Positions 37,174-46,511 of a stretch of 64,000 nt of DNA are shown here, piece after piece (positions within the stretch are counted from its first letter, which is position 1; each line of letters begins with the position of its first letter). The DNA is from Candidatus Omnitrophota bacterium. GTDB lineage: Bacteria; Omnitrophota; Gorgyraeia; Zapsychrales; JAHFFX01. Below the pieces are notes generated by a model. That model searched no databases. It was given only the letters and a program-made list of their open reading frames with translations, and had not been told where the DNA came from. The translations under genes and the position numbers were made by a program. Location: contig JAHFFW010000014.1 in assembly GCA_023247725.1 (NCBI GenBank), positions 783-64,782 of the forward strand, given 5' to 3'.

Positions 37174-38772
37174 ATGCGCTTTACCTCCATCCGTTTTAAA
37201 ACGAATATTCTTTATACGCTCATTCTTGGAATCATTCTGATTCTTTACAGCGCGGCTTTGTATTATTCCGTCAGCCGGATCCTTTTCAAGGACGTCGACG
37301 ACAAATTGCGCATCAAGGCCAATGAAATCGCGCAGATCATTTATGCCTATGAAAGCTTGGAGACGACCGCCGCCGGCCCCTTTGACATCATTGCGATGCT
37401 CAAAGGAGAATCTTTTCGGCAGGAACGCATGATCATTGACGATTTGTGGCGATCGGATGTGGAAACCTTGAATCTGAAACAGGATTTTATCCATATTTTG
37501 ATAGGAAACGGAGAGCGGCAATTATATTCCGGGAATCTTACTCCGGAAATCGTTGCCAAGTTTCAAAAGATTTTTTCAGCTGGGACAACGGAAAAATATG
37601 CGACCTTTACTGGCCTTTTCCCATCCAAAAGCAGAGTGGAAGCCAGTATTAGACCTTTTTTCTCTTCGGGAAAAGGCAGTATTGACTTCCACAGCAATGC
37701 TTTTAATGGAAGAAAGGTCAATAAAAGCGATTCCCTGCATTTGCGCGCGATCCGATCTTCGGTCCGGTTTCGTCAGACCGTTCCCATCACCATTCAGATT
37801 GCGACCTCTTTAGAGAGCGTTGAGCATATTTTGAATAAATTATTACTGTTTATGTCCTTGAGCATTTTGACGGTTTTATCCATTACAAGTTTTATGGGAG
37901 GATTTTTTGTGCAAAGGATTTTGCAACCAGTTCTCTCGGTTATTCGAGCCGCCGATCAGCTGTCTCATCGAGATCTGCGCGTTCGAATCAAACAAACGGA
38001 AAAAGACGTGGAGATGATTCTCTTGATTGATTCCTTCAACCGCATGATCGAGCGTTTGGAAAAATCTTTTTCCCATATCAGTGAGTTTAGTTCCCACGTA
38101 GCGCATGAATTAAAAACTCCTCTGGCCATTGTCCGGGGAGAACTGGAATTGGCGCTGGAAAAGAAGCGAGCCCCGGAAGAATATCAGAGGACGATAGAAA
38201 ATTGCCTTGAAGAAGTAGGACGAATGACGAAGATTATCAGGGATTTGTTGCTTTTGGCCAAGCTGGACTACCAGCCGGGGATTTTTAAATTTGAAGAAAT
38301 GGATCTGCGGATTTTTCTTGAGGATATCGATCAGCAATCCCGTATTCTGGCCGCGGACAAAGAAATCGCCCTGAGTTTTGAGAATGAGACCTCTAAGCCG
38401 ATCTGTATCCGCGCCGATCCCGTTCATCTGCGGAGGCTGTTCCTGAATTTGATCAACAATGCCATCAAATTCACTCCGGCCAACGGCCGGATTACGATCC
38501 GAATCAATCCGGATCGGGAGAAGGTCCGTGTCGCGATCTCAGATACTGGAATTGGCATCTCGGCGGAGCACCAGGCGAAGATTTTTGAAAAATTTTATAA
38601 GGTTCAGGAAGAAGACCGCGGCCCGGATACGGGCAGCGGCTTGGGATTAAGTATTGCCTTATCCATCGCCAAGGCGCACGGCGGGGATATTCAGGTTCAA
38701 AGCCATCCGCAAGCAGGTTCCACCTTCAGCGTGATTCTGCCGGTCGTTTATTCTCCTTCGCAAAAGAAATAG
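37174..38772 (+). CDS. sensor histidine kinase (two TM helices, periplasmic domain, HAMP, HisKA, HATPase_c)
   Basis: H-box SHVAHELKTPLA, N-box LINNAIKFT, G-boxes DTGIGI and GSGLGLSI. The periplasmic region contains a copy of repeat B (37605-37730). Confidence 0.85.
   Translation: MRFTSIRFKTNILYTLILGIILILYSAALYYSVSRILFKDVDDKLRIKANEIAQIIYAYESLETTAAGPFDIIAMLKGESFRQERMIIDDLWRSDVETLNLKQDFIHILIGNGERQLYSGNLTPEIVAKFQKIFSAGTTEKYATFTGLFPSKSRVEASIRPFFSSGKGSIDFHSNAFNGRKVNKSDSLHLRAIRSSVRFRQTVPITIQIATSLESVEHILNKLLLFMSLSILTVLSITSFMGGFFVQRILQPVLSVIRAADQLSHRDLRVRIKQTEKDVEMILLIDSFNRMIERLEKSFSHISEFSSHVAHELKTPLAIVRGELELALEKKRAPEEYQRTIENCLEEVGRMTKIIRDLLLLAKLDYQPGIFKFEEMDLRIFLEDIDQQSRILAADKEIALSFENETSKPICIRADPVHLRRLFLNLINNAIKFTPANGRITIRINPDREKVRVAISDTGIGISAEHQAKIFEKFYKVQEEDRGPDTGSGLGLSIALSIAKAHGGDIQVQSHPQAGSTFSVILPVVYSPSQKK
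37605..37730 (+). repeat. repeat family B, copy inside the kinase CDS (~125 nt, about 75-80% identical to 42711-42835)
   Basis: Shared strings ctttactggccttttc, ggaagccag, gtattgacttccac and gaaaggtcaataa, in the same order. Confidence 0.65.
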
Positions 38773-38875
38773 TCCCTATTTCTTTTAGCCTTCCATAAGA
38801 ATTTTCTTATTCTTCTTTAACCTTCTTCTTATGGTCTTCCTGCTAAAAATATTGACGTGAAGGGAAGGAGTCGGC

Positions 38876-39226
38876 GTGATGAGAACGGTCCTCATCGTAG
38901 ATGACGAGGCAACGATTCGCCGCGTTTATGAAGAATTGCTTTCAAACAATGGTTATCGAGTCCTTGCCGTTGAGAATGCCAGTCATGCCGGCCAGGTCCT
39001 CAAACAAGAGGTTATTGATATTATGCTTCTTGATATCAAAATGCCTGAGGTTAGTGATGAAGCGCTTTTTGACGTCGTCCGTGAATTTCATCATGAGATC
39101 AGGATCATTGTGGCCAGTGTCTATCCCATCGATGAACAACGGCAAAGGTTGCCTTGGGCGGATGACTATTATGATAAGGCAGAAAGCTTGAAGCTGTTGC
39201 TGCAGAAGATTGCGCATTTTTCATAA
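38876..39226 (+). CDS. stand-alone response-regulator receiver domain protein
   Basis: VLIVDDE...LLDIKMPE... Receiver fold with no output domain. Confidence 0.7.
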   Translation: MMRTVLIVDDEATIRRVYEELLSNNGYRVLAVENASHAGQVLKQEVIDIMLLDIKMPEVSDEALFDVVREFHHEIRIIVASVYPIDEQRQRLPWADDYYDKAESLKLLLQKIAHFS

Positions 39227-39327
39227 GAAAAGGTGAAATCAAGGAAAATTGCGAGGGTGCAATATGAAACGAAAATTGTTTCTCCCGTTCATGTTCATCT
39301 TCGGGGCATTCTTTTTGGGATTATCGG

Positions 39328-39606
39328 TTGCGCCTGGATATGGCCGGTATCGACAGCGATCAATTGGATATTGAAGTGCAGGGCCACACCCTGACCATTT
39401 CCGGGCAGAATCGGAAACAGAGCCAGGAAAAAAATCCCAATAGCTTCATGAGCATGAATAGCTATGGAGCCTTTTCCCGGACGATTTCTTTGCCTGAGGA
39501 TGCGGACATGACCCGGATGCAGACCAAAAAGGAAAATAACAGCCTCATCATCACGCTGCCTAGGAAACAAGCCGGACAAAAAAGTAACACTGGTTCAACC
39601 ATTTAA
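39328..39606 (+). pseudogene. Hsp20/alpha-crystallin C-terminal fragment (remnant)
   Basis: LDIEVQGHTLTISGQ...YGAFSRTISLPEDAD...NNSLIITLPRK resembles the C-terminal half of an sHSP. A 35-codon ORF at 39264 in another frame carries a start and signal-like peptide, suggesting a frameshifted or truncated gene. Confidence 0.4.
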
Positions 39607-39699
39607 CAACTTGAGGGAGGTGAAGAACGCCGAAAAAAAATATCATGGAACAAACGGAATAATCATGACTCATGAATCTATTTGGAAGGAGCAGGACAC

Positions 39700-40008
39700 A
39701 TGAAAAAGAATCTTTTGATTGCAGGGGTTTTGATTTTGGGATTGGTAATGAGCCGTATGGCGTTTGCTGCCGAAACCTATAAGGCCACTACGGCCAAATC
39801 AACGGCAGGGGCCATGATGACGATCGAGGGCAAGATACTTTCCATTGACACCGCCAAGAACCAGATTGTCGTCAAGGACAAAGCCGGCGTCGAAAAGACC
39901 ATTTCCGTCAGCGCGAAAGAAATCACCGGACTGAAAACCGGCGAAGAAGTCAAGGTCAGTTTGAATGCCGATTCCAACATGGCCAGCAGCATCAAGAAGG
40001 TGAAGTAA
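39700..40008 (+). CDS. small secreted protein (signal peptide)
   Basis: RBS aaggag lies upstream of the ATG. MKKNLLIAGVLILGLVMSRMAFAAE is a signal peptide. Confidence 0.5.
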   Translation: MKKNLLIAGVLILGLVMSRMAFAAETYKATTAKSTAGAMMTIEGKILSIDTAKNQIVVKDKAGVEKTISVSAKEITGLKTGEEVKVSLNADSNMASSIKKVK

Positions 40009-40050
40009 GATTGTTCTTTGAAGGAAGGGCGGTTGGATTGGCCTTTCCGA

Positions 40051-40089
40051 CGGCGGGCTGCGATCCCTCCCGCAGCCCGCCGTTTTTTT
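40051..40089 (+). terminator. rho-independent terminator (stem ggcgggctgcg/cgcagcccgcc + T7)
   Basis: GC stem-loop followed by TTTTTTT, read directly. Confidence 0.7.
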
Positions 40090-40125
40090 GTTCTTTCCAG
40101 GTTAGCCCAATTTGCGAAAAAGGGG

Positions 40126-40190
40126 ACAGGCGGCTTTTCACTCGCTCTCATTCTAGGAAAAGCCGCCTGTCCCCTTTTTTTGAGAAATCC
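40126..40190. terminator. bidirectional rho-independent terminator (A5-stem-T7) between convergent genes
   Basis: aaaaaggggacaggcggcttttc...gaaaagccgcctgtcccctttttttt. Serves the minus-strand MFS gene and + strand readthrough. Confidence 0.7.
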
Positions 40191-40196
40191 TATCGA

Positions 40197-41456
40197 TTAA
40201 AGATTCGTTTTTCTCTCCAAATTGCGCGGATCAAACTCCAAGGCTCGCAGCTGCGGAGCGAAGAAGGCGGTTGTCGCCACGACCGTAAGAGTCAGGATTC
40301 CACCGACGGCAACGCTGGGAATGGTCCCAATGAGCGCAGCCAAGAGACCACTTTCAAAGGCCCCCAACTCGTTGGAAGAGGTGATAAAAATCCAGCTAAC
40401 CGCGGAAATCCTTCCACGCATATCATCCGGCGACAAAAGCCGAACCATGGAGCGACGGATGACCATGCTGATTCCATCAAAGATGCCGCTGGCCATCAGG
40501 GCCGCTATAGAAAGTAAAAAATTTTTCGAAAAAGCGAAGACGATCATGCTGATGCCAAAGCCCGTCACGGTCCACAATAAATTTCGGCCGGCATGCGTGA
40601 TGGGTGTGTAACGGGTTGACATAAGCATCATCAATAGCGCGCCCGCCGATGGAGCGGCATTGAGAAAACCTAGGCCTTTTGCTCCTACCTTTAAAATGTC
40701 CTGCGCATAGACGGGTAAAAGGGCCATGGCGCCGCCAAAAAACACCGCAAACAAATCCAGGGACATGGAGGCCAATAACGGTTGATGATGAAACACAAAC
40801 CGCCAGCCAACCTGGATACTTTTGAGAAGCGGTTCTTTGTGCAAAGGTTTGATCTGCGGCTTAGGACCGATCGCTGCGGTGCACAGCCAGGATAAAAGAA
40901 AAAAGCTGGCGATCAAAAGATACGAGCCTTTGGCTCCGGCCGCATCAAAAACAAATCCAATGACCGCCGGCCCTATGATCGAACAGCCAATCCAGGTGCT
41001 GCCAATCCAGGATGTGGCACTGACCGTCAGATGTTTCGGGACAACCTGGGCCTCAAACGCCGTATTGGCCGGATCCGCAAAGCCCCGGGCGATTCCCGCC
41101 AGAAAAATGACGGCGTAGAGTCCCATCACGGATATTCCATAGCCATCCCACGAGATGGACGCTAAAGCTAATGCACACAGAAATGAACCGGCGCGAGTGA
41201 TTAAAAGAATGGTCCGTCGATTAAAATGGTCAGCCGCATACCCTCCCACCAAAACTAAGGAGATCGCCGGGATCGCTTCGACCAATCCCAAAATGCCCAG
41301 GGCTAAAGGCGCATGGGTCAACTGATAAATCTGGAAGCCCACCACCACCGCCAATGCCCGGCTTCCCAAGGTAAAGAAACCGATGGAACCGATGAATAGC
41401 CGAATGTCGGCGATGCTTAACGCGGCGAAGGAATGTTGCAACCGGCTATTGTTCAT
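40197..41456 (-). CDS. MFS transporter
   Basis: 12 predicted TM helices. Loop 2-3 motif GGYAADHFNRR (a G-x-x-x-D-R/K-x-G-R-like MFS signature). Confidence 0.85.
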   Translation of the reverse strand: MNNSRLQHSFAALSIADIRLFIGSIGFFTLGSRALAVVVGFQIYQLTHAPLALGILGLVEAIPAISLVLVGGYAADHFNRRTILLITRAGSFLCALALASISWDGYGISVMGLYAVIFLAGIARGFADPANTAFEAQVVPKHLTVSATSWIGSTWIGCSIIGPAVIGFVFDAAGAKGSYLLIASFFLLSWLCTAAIGPKPQIKPLHKEPLLKSIQVGWRFVFHHQPLLASMSLDLFAVFFGGAMALLPVYAQDILKVGAKGLGFLNAAPSAGALLMMLMSTRYTPITHAGRNLLWTVTGFGISMIVFAFSKNFLLSIAALMASGIFDGISMVIRRSMVRLLSPDDMRGRISAVSWIFITSSNELGAFESGLLAALIGTIPSVAVGGILTLTVVATTAFFAPQLRALEFDPRNLERKTNL

Positions 41457-41582
41457 GAGATGGATTTCCCGTCGTAAAAATGAAATTAATCCTTTTTAAA
41501 CCAAGCCCCATCCGATGTCAAGGAAAAGAATTTCTAATGAAAATATAATCTTTCTTTAATGCGGTTTTAATTCTCTTTGGGT

Positions 41583-41660
41583 ATAATTCCCCGCAGCTTG
41601 CTGCGCTTCCTTTTGGCAGTTTGCTGTGGATACCCCGTCAGCTTGCTGCGGGGTGGTTCA
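41583..41660 (+). mobile_element. tnpA-less IS200/IS605 derivative (PATE-like): left and right hairpins of the element at 33683-34200 joined by 26 nt
   Basis: aattccccgcagcttgctgcg ... ataccccgtcagcttgctgcggggt matches the LE and RE hairpins of the intact copy almost exactly. Confidence 0.65.
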
Positions 41661-41703
41661 TTCAGCAAGCCCCTATATTAGCTCGCCACAAAAGGAGGGC
41701 ACC

Positions 41704-42072
41704 ATGATTAATATGAGAATAGCTCAAAGGCAAGAAGGGGCAACTGAAAATTGCATCCAAAGCTGTCTGGACTGTCACCGGGTTTGTTTGGAAACATTGC
41801 GGTATTGTTTGCAAACCGGCGATCAACATTCGGAGTACGGATTTATTCGATTACTTTTGGATTGCGCCAACCTCAGTCAGATGGCGGCAAAATTTATGCT
41901 GCTCGCCTCGGAATTCCATCCACGGTTGTGTGAATTGTGTGCCTTAGCTTGCGAGCGGTGTGTCGTGGAATGCGCTCAATTCACCGATGATGAACGAATT
42001 CAGCATTGTGCTACGATCTGTCGCCAATGTGCGGAAACCTGCCAGGATATCAGCACCATTCACGTGGGCTAA
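41704..42072 (+). CDS. cysteine-rich four-helix-bundle (DUF326-type, copper-binding-like) protein
   Basis: RBS aaaggaggg. Repeated CxxxC-containing helices (CIQSCLDCHRVC; CELCALACERC; CATICRQCAETC). Confidence 0.65.
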   Translation: MINMRIAQRQEGATENCIQSCLDCHRVCLETLRYCLQTGDQHSEYGFIRLLLDCANLSQMAAKFMLLASEFHPRLCELCALACERCVVECAQFTDDERIQHCATICRQCAETCQDISTIHVG

Positions 42073-42153
42073 GGCCACGGCTTTTCCCTTTGTGCAATTA
42101 ATGCCCCGAGGAATGAAGAATTTTTTATAAGTAAACTGGCTCATGGGAACGCC

Positions 42154-42633
42154 ATGTCGGACATCCTTGCCGAATTACAAAAAAAGATCGTGGAATTTAC
42201 TCCCCATTTTATTTCGGGGGTCATGACCTTTGGTTTTTTCTGGATTGGATCCATGATGGCTCAGTTTATTGTGTCTGCCCTGGGGCGAAAGGCCAGACTT
42301 CAGAAAGATATCTTGAAACTACTTGCTCGCAGTGTCGGGCTTGCCCTGCTGATTCTGGGATTGATCAGCGGCTTAGGAACGATGGGCATTAATGTTTCCG
42401 CTCTCGTCGCGAGTTTGGGATTGACCGGTTTCGCCTTGGGATTTGCCTTAAAAGACGGCTTATCGAACACCTTAGCCGGTATCCTCATCTTCATTTACCG
42501 GCCTTTCCGTCTGGGGGATACGATCCGGGTCACGGGTTTCCAGGGAGAGATCATTGATATTGATCTGCGTTATACGACCATGCGCTCGACGGATGGGTCG
42601 GTCCTTATGCCCAATTCAAATTTATTTAATTAA
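42154..42633 (+). CDS. MscS-family mechanosensitive channel, C-terminally truncated (159 aa)
   Basis: Pore-lining TM3 and the start of the beta domain are present (GFALKDGLSNTLAGILIF...GDTIRVTGFQGEIIDIDLRYTTMRSTDGSVLMPNSNLF). The ORF ends where the conserved C-terminal domain should continue, so it may be a pseudogene. Confidence 0.55.
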   Translation: MSDILAELQKKIVEFTPHFISGVMTFGFFWIGSMMAQFIVSALGRKARLQKDILKLLARSVGLALLILGLISGLGTMGINVSALVASLGLTGFALGFALKDGLSNTLAGILIFIYRPFRLGDTIRVTGFQGEIIDIDLRYTTMRSTDGSVLMPNSNLFN

Positions 42634-42710
42634 TCCGGTGGAAATCCTTCGTAAAGAACCAGCGATTTGAATTTTAAATAGGGAAGATAAAAACGCGCGG
42701 GGCGGGCCAG

Positions 42711-42835
42711 GCTTTACTGGCCTTTTCTTTACCAAAGACATTAAGGAAGCCAGCATAACGACCTTTCTTATCTTGGAAAAAGGCCGTATTGACTTCCACT
42801 TTATCTTTGGTAGTAGAAAGGTCAATAAGATGCGG
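42711..42835 (+). repeat. repeat family B, intergenic copy, nested inside a 17-bp inverted repeat (gcgcggggcgggccagg at 42696 / its complement at 42832-42848)
   Basis: Aligned by eye with 37605-37730. Flanking GC-rich inverted repeat read directly. Confidence 0.65.
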
Positions 42836-42925
42836 CCCGCCCCGCGCTTTTTATTCGCCCCGCCCCAAAGGCGGGGCGAAGGAGAATATTTTACCCACTG
42901 AACCTTTATGCTACAATGGACCCGT

Positions 42926-44296
42926 ATGAAATTGTTCCCGATGCTCCGCCTTCATTGTTTCCTCTTTTTTTTGCTCAGCCTTTGCGGCTGCCATGCCCAC
43001 GAACAGCTCTTTTACGCCGCCCCCAGCGTTCTTCCTCACACCGAGCCCCCCATGAAAACCGCGGGTTTTTGGATCAGCCATACCCCGAACGTCGACGGCG
43101 TGCTCATGGATGAGCCACAGATTGGGGAATTTAACCGCCATCTGCAAAAAGATCTCCGCCTCATCCAGGATATCACGCAATTGTCCAATCCTTATCCGGG
43201 TTTGAATCTTAAAATGAGTTTGGAAACTCCCCTGTTATCTCTGTCCAAGAGATCATTGTGGAAGAATGATGGGCAAAAGGTTGATTCAGAATTTTTTCAT
43301 TCGCTGCGCGTTTTGATGAACTTAGAGGCCATGGCTAGTGAAGTGACATTGAAGTACGGAATCATGACCCATTATACCAACCAAAGGATTTTACCCACCG
43401 ATGAGCCCTTGTTAGCCCAACCATTCGATGTGGATTTCGATGAGTTACAGAATAGTTCCTTGGAAGTGGGAACACCCGTGCGGATTATGCACGAAACCTC
43501 CGACGGAGTCTGGGTCTATGGATTTTCCAATCGCAGCGCCGGCTGGATCAAAAAGTCCGCTGTGTCCTTTTGCGATGAATCGACGGCCAGGCAATTTCTT
43601 TCACCCGCCTCGTTCATGGTCGTAACCGAGCCCAAGGCCGATATTTTTTTGGATCCAGCGATGACTCAATATTATGATAACCTCCGAATGGGGGCCCGTT
43701 TGCCCATCACCATGGAGAATCCGCGTACGGCCGTTCAGGTTTTGCTCCCTGGCCGTGATCAGTCCGGAATGTTTGAGCTTGCGGTGGGCTATGTTCCGGC
43801 CGACGATGTGCATAAAGGGTTTCTTCTTTATACGCCGCGAACAATCCTTCGTCAGGCCTTCAAATTGCTCAATGAGCCCTATGGTTGGGGAGGGATGTAC
43901 GGGGAGCAGGATTGTTCGGCCTTCCTCGTGCAGGTTTTTTCAACCGTGGGCCTCGATTTACCCCGCAATTCCGCCGAGCAGGCCAGGGTTGGAAAAATCA
44001 TCGCGAAGTTTAATCAAGAGACAACCGCTCAACAAAAAACAAATCTCCTTTCACGGGAGGCGATCGCCGGCGCCGCACTCTTGCCTTTGAAGGGACACAT
44101 TATGCTCTATATTGGAACGCTTGAGGGAAGACCATATGCCATCCATGCGACCTGGGCGTACCGTGAATCCGTTTCGGGGAAAGATCGCATTCGCGTGATT
44201 AACCGAGTGGCGGTCACGGATTTGATGTTGGGGGAAGGTTCGAAAAAAGGTTCGCTGTTAGAGCGTTTGACCGGGGTGAACATCCTTGTTCCCTAA
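42926..44296 (+). CDS. NlpC/P60 (C40) cell-wall peptidase with SH3b domains
   Basis: Signal peptide. Catalytic region YGWGGMYGEQDCSAFLVQVF (Cys) ... GHIMLYIG (His). Confidence 0.8.
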   Translation: MKLFPMLRLHCFLFFLLSLCGCHAHEQLFYAAPSVLPHTEPPMKTAGFWISHTPNVDGVLMDEPQIGEFNRHLQKDLRLIQDITQLSNPYPGLNLKMSLETPLLSLSKRSLWKNDGQKVDSEFFHSLRVLMNLEAMASEVTLKYGIMTHYTNQRILPTDEPLLAQPFDVDFDELQNSSLEVGTPVRIMHETSDGVWVYGFSNRSAGWIKKSAVSFCDESTARQFLSPASFMVVTEPKADIFLDPAMTQYYDNLRMGARLPITMENPRTAVQVLLPGRDQSGMFELAVGYVPADDVHKGFLLYTPRTILRQAFKLLNEPYGWGGMYGEQDCSAFLVQVFSTVGLDLPRNSAEQARVGKIIAKFNQETTAQQKTNLLSREAIAGAALLPLKGHIMLYIGTLEGRPYAIHATWAYRESVSGKDRIRVINRVAVTDLMLGEGSKKGSLLERLTGVNILVP

Positions 44297-44299
44297 CTG

Positions 44300-45373
44300 A
44301 TGGAAAAGAAAATGTCAATGATGGCAAAGGCCACTTCCTACCAAGAAAAATTGGGCTGGGATGGACAATGGGAAAAGGTTTTTAAACCTTTTTCTGCCGA
44401 TGGCCTAATCCCGGCGCGGGTGATTTCCGAATACAAGGCCACTTATCTTGTTTCCGGCGAAGATCATGATTATAAAGCCCGTCTCATGGGAAAATTCCGT
44501 TATGAGAGTGGCGGACGCGAAGGTTATCCGATCGTCGGAGATTGGGTGGCCATCAAGCCTTTGCCGGACATCAAAGAAGCCATCATCCAAACCGTCCTGC
44601 CGCGGCGCAGCAAGATTTCCCGGAAGGTTCCTCTGGGGGAATCCCGGGAGCAGATCCTCGCGGCCAATGTTGACAAAATATTTATCGTGATGGCGCTGGA
44701 TCAGAGTTTCAGCCTGCGATCCCTCGAGCGGTTTTTGGTGGTGGCAAAGGGATTTGGATTAGAAGCCGTCGTCATTTTGAATAAAATGGATTTGTGTGAC
44801 AACGTGACCCAAAGGCTGAGCGAGGCGAAGGCCTGTGTCGGCGAACATCCGGTTCTGGCCGTCTGTTCGTTCACCCAAAACGGCTATGGGAATCTCCGGA
44901 AACATTTACAAAAAGGCAGGACCATCGTTCTGATTGGACCCTCGGGCGTGGGTAAATCCACCATCGTCAATAATTTTATGGGGGAAGAAGTTCAGGACGT
45001 CATGGATGTCCGAGCCGCAGATTCCAAGGGACGACACATGACGAGCTCGCGCGAATTGTTCCTTTTGCCCCAGGGCGCATTGATTTTGGATTCGCCCGGC
45101 CTTCGCGAATTGCAGTTATGGGAAACCGGTCAGGGTGTGGAAGAAGTTTTTGGTGAAATTGACGTATTGAAATCGCAGTGCCGGTTTCAAGACTGCACCC
45201 ATCAACACGAGCCCGGATGTGCCGTGCATCTAGCCCTGACTCGGGGAGAATTGTCGCAGGAACGTTATGATAGCTTTATCAAATTGCAGAAAGAGCTGGC
45301 GTTTTTAGCGGCCCGCAAAGAAGAAAAATCCTGGCGGGAGCGTAAAAATAAAAATAGAAAGAATCTAAAATGA
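44300..45373 (+). CDS. rsgA: ribosome small-subunit-dependent GTPase A
   Basis: Circularly permuted GTPase motifs (LNKMDL; GPSGVGKST) and the C-terminal zinc ribbon (CRFQDCTHQHEPGCAV). Confidence 0.9.
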   Translation: MEKKMSMMAKATSYQEKLGWDGQWEKVFKPFSADGLIPARVISEYKATYLVSGEDHDYKARLMGKFRYESGGREGYPIVGDWVAIKPLPDIKEAIIQTVLPRRSKISRKVPLGESREQILAANVDKIFIVMALDQSFSLRSLERFLVVAKGFGLEAVVILNKMDLCDNVTQRLSEAKACVGEHPVLAVCSFTQNGYGNLRKHLQKGRTIVLIGPSGVGKSTIVNNFMGEEVQDVMDVRAADSKGRHMTSSRELFLLPQGALILDSPGLRELQLWETGQGVEEVFGEIDVLKSQCRFQDCTHQHEPGCAVHLALTRGELSQERYDSFIKLQKELAFLAARKEEKSWRERKNKNRKNLK

Positions 45374-45924
45374 TAAAACGACTCGCACCGATCGCTACGG
45401 CGCGTCTTGCCCTTGAGCCCTGCCGTCTTCGGCATTTGGAGGTTTTGCTCAACAATGCCGAAGATTTTTCTGCGATCTTTGGCTGGAACATCATCCCCGG
45501 TTATTGCGAATCCTCCGGCGCGCTCGAATTCTCTTTGCAGAAGCTGAAAGAAAGGAATTCCCCTTCGCCGTGGTGGGCGCCTTTCTTGGTGATTCACCGT
45601 CGAGATAAGGCCTTGATTGGCCTGGCCGGATACAAAGGCCCGCCCGATCCATCGGGATCGGTTGAAATTGGTTATGGTATTGCTCCGGCTTATCGAGGAA
45701 AGGGCCTGGCCACCGAAACGGCGAGGGCCTTGATGGAATATGCCTTTGAAGATCCCACCGTGCGGGCGGTTTTGGCTCACACTCCTCCCGGAGAGAATCC
45801 ATCGGTTTCGGTTTTGAGAAAATGTGGCCTCAAAGAGATGGGTTCGGTTATGGATCGTATCGATGGCAAAGTGACCCGCTGGCAAATGACTCGAACTGCC
45901 TTCCAAGCCCATTCAGTTCTATGA
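45370..45924 (+). CDS. GNAT-family N-acetyltransferase
   Basis: Acetyl-CoA binding motif IGYGIAPAYRGKGLATE. Confidence 0.8.
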   Translation: MIKRLAPIATARLALEPCRLRHLEVLLNNAEDFSAIFGWNIIPGYCESSGALEFSLQKLKERNSPSPWWAPFLVIHRRDKALIGLAGYKGPPDPSGSVEIGYGIAPAYRGKGLATETARALMEYAFEDPTVRAVLAHTPPGENPSVSVLRKCGLKEMGSVMDRIDGKVTRWQMTRTAFQAHSVL

Positions 45925-46511
45925 AAACAAAATCGCTTCTTCGTTGTGCCTGGTCTTTAAATGATCCTTTGATGGTGGAATACCATGACCGCGAGTGGGG
46001 CGTGCCGGTCCATGATGATTTAAAACTTTTTGAGTTTTTGGTCCTCGAATCCGCCTAGGCGGGTTTGAGCTGGCGGACGGTTCTCTATAAAAGGGAACAT
46101 TACCGCAAGGCTTTTGCCGGTTTTGATCCCCCCAAAGTGGCCCGATTTGATCGCCGGAGGGTGGAGCGGCTGTTGCAAAATCCGGGCATCATCCGCAATC
46201 GCGCCAAGGTCGAGGCCACGATCAACAACGCCAAGCGTTTTTTGGAAGTGCAAAACGAATTTGGGACGTTTGCCAAATATATGTGGGATTTTGTCCAGGG
46301 AAACCCTTTGGTCAACCGTTGGCGGACGATGAAGGACGTCCCAGCGGTCACCGCCGCCGCCGAGGAATTGGCCCTCGACCTGAAGAAACGAGGATTCAAA
46401 TTCCTGGGCCCCACCGTTATGTATGCCCACATGCAGGCCGTCGGGATGGTCAACGATCATACCGTCGATTGTTTTCGCTATCACGAAGTCAACCGGAGGC
46501 ATTCCACATGA
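45921..46511 (+). pseudogene. tag: DNA-3-methyladenine glycosylase I (tag) interrupted by an in-frame TAG at 46056-46058
   Basis: DREWGVPVHDD...LVLESA[TAG]AGLSWRTVL...CFRYHE matches Tag throughout. The TAG occupies the position of the conserved Gln (CAG) in the motif LEGFQAGLSW. Other genes in the window terminate with TAG, so I infer a nonsense mutation or a base-call error. Confidence 0.7.

Noticed and set aside
41626-41703. Upstream extension of the cysteine-rich protein ORF through the IS200-type hairpin remnant.
   Set aside because: The ATG at 41704 has a strong RBS (aaaggaggg). The extension would translate through a repetitive palindromic element.
42854-42880. Hairpin ttcgccccgcc/ggcggggcgaa after the intergenic repeat B copy, considered as a terminator.
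   Set aside because: No downstream T-tract on either strand. It is more likely part of the GC-rich dyad structure surrounding repeat B.
46056-46058. Possible stop-codon reassignment (TAG read as Gln) suggested by the in-frame TAG in tag.
   Set aside because: Other genes in the window plausibly terminate at TAG (for example 35889-35891), and no other in-frame TAG was seen in conserved genes. An isolated nonsense mutation or base-call error is more parsimonious.
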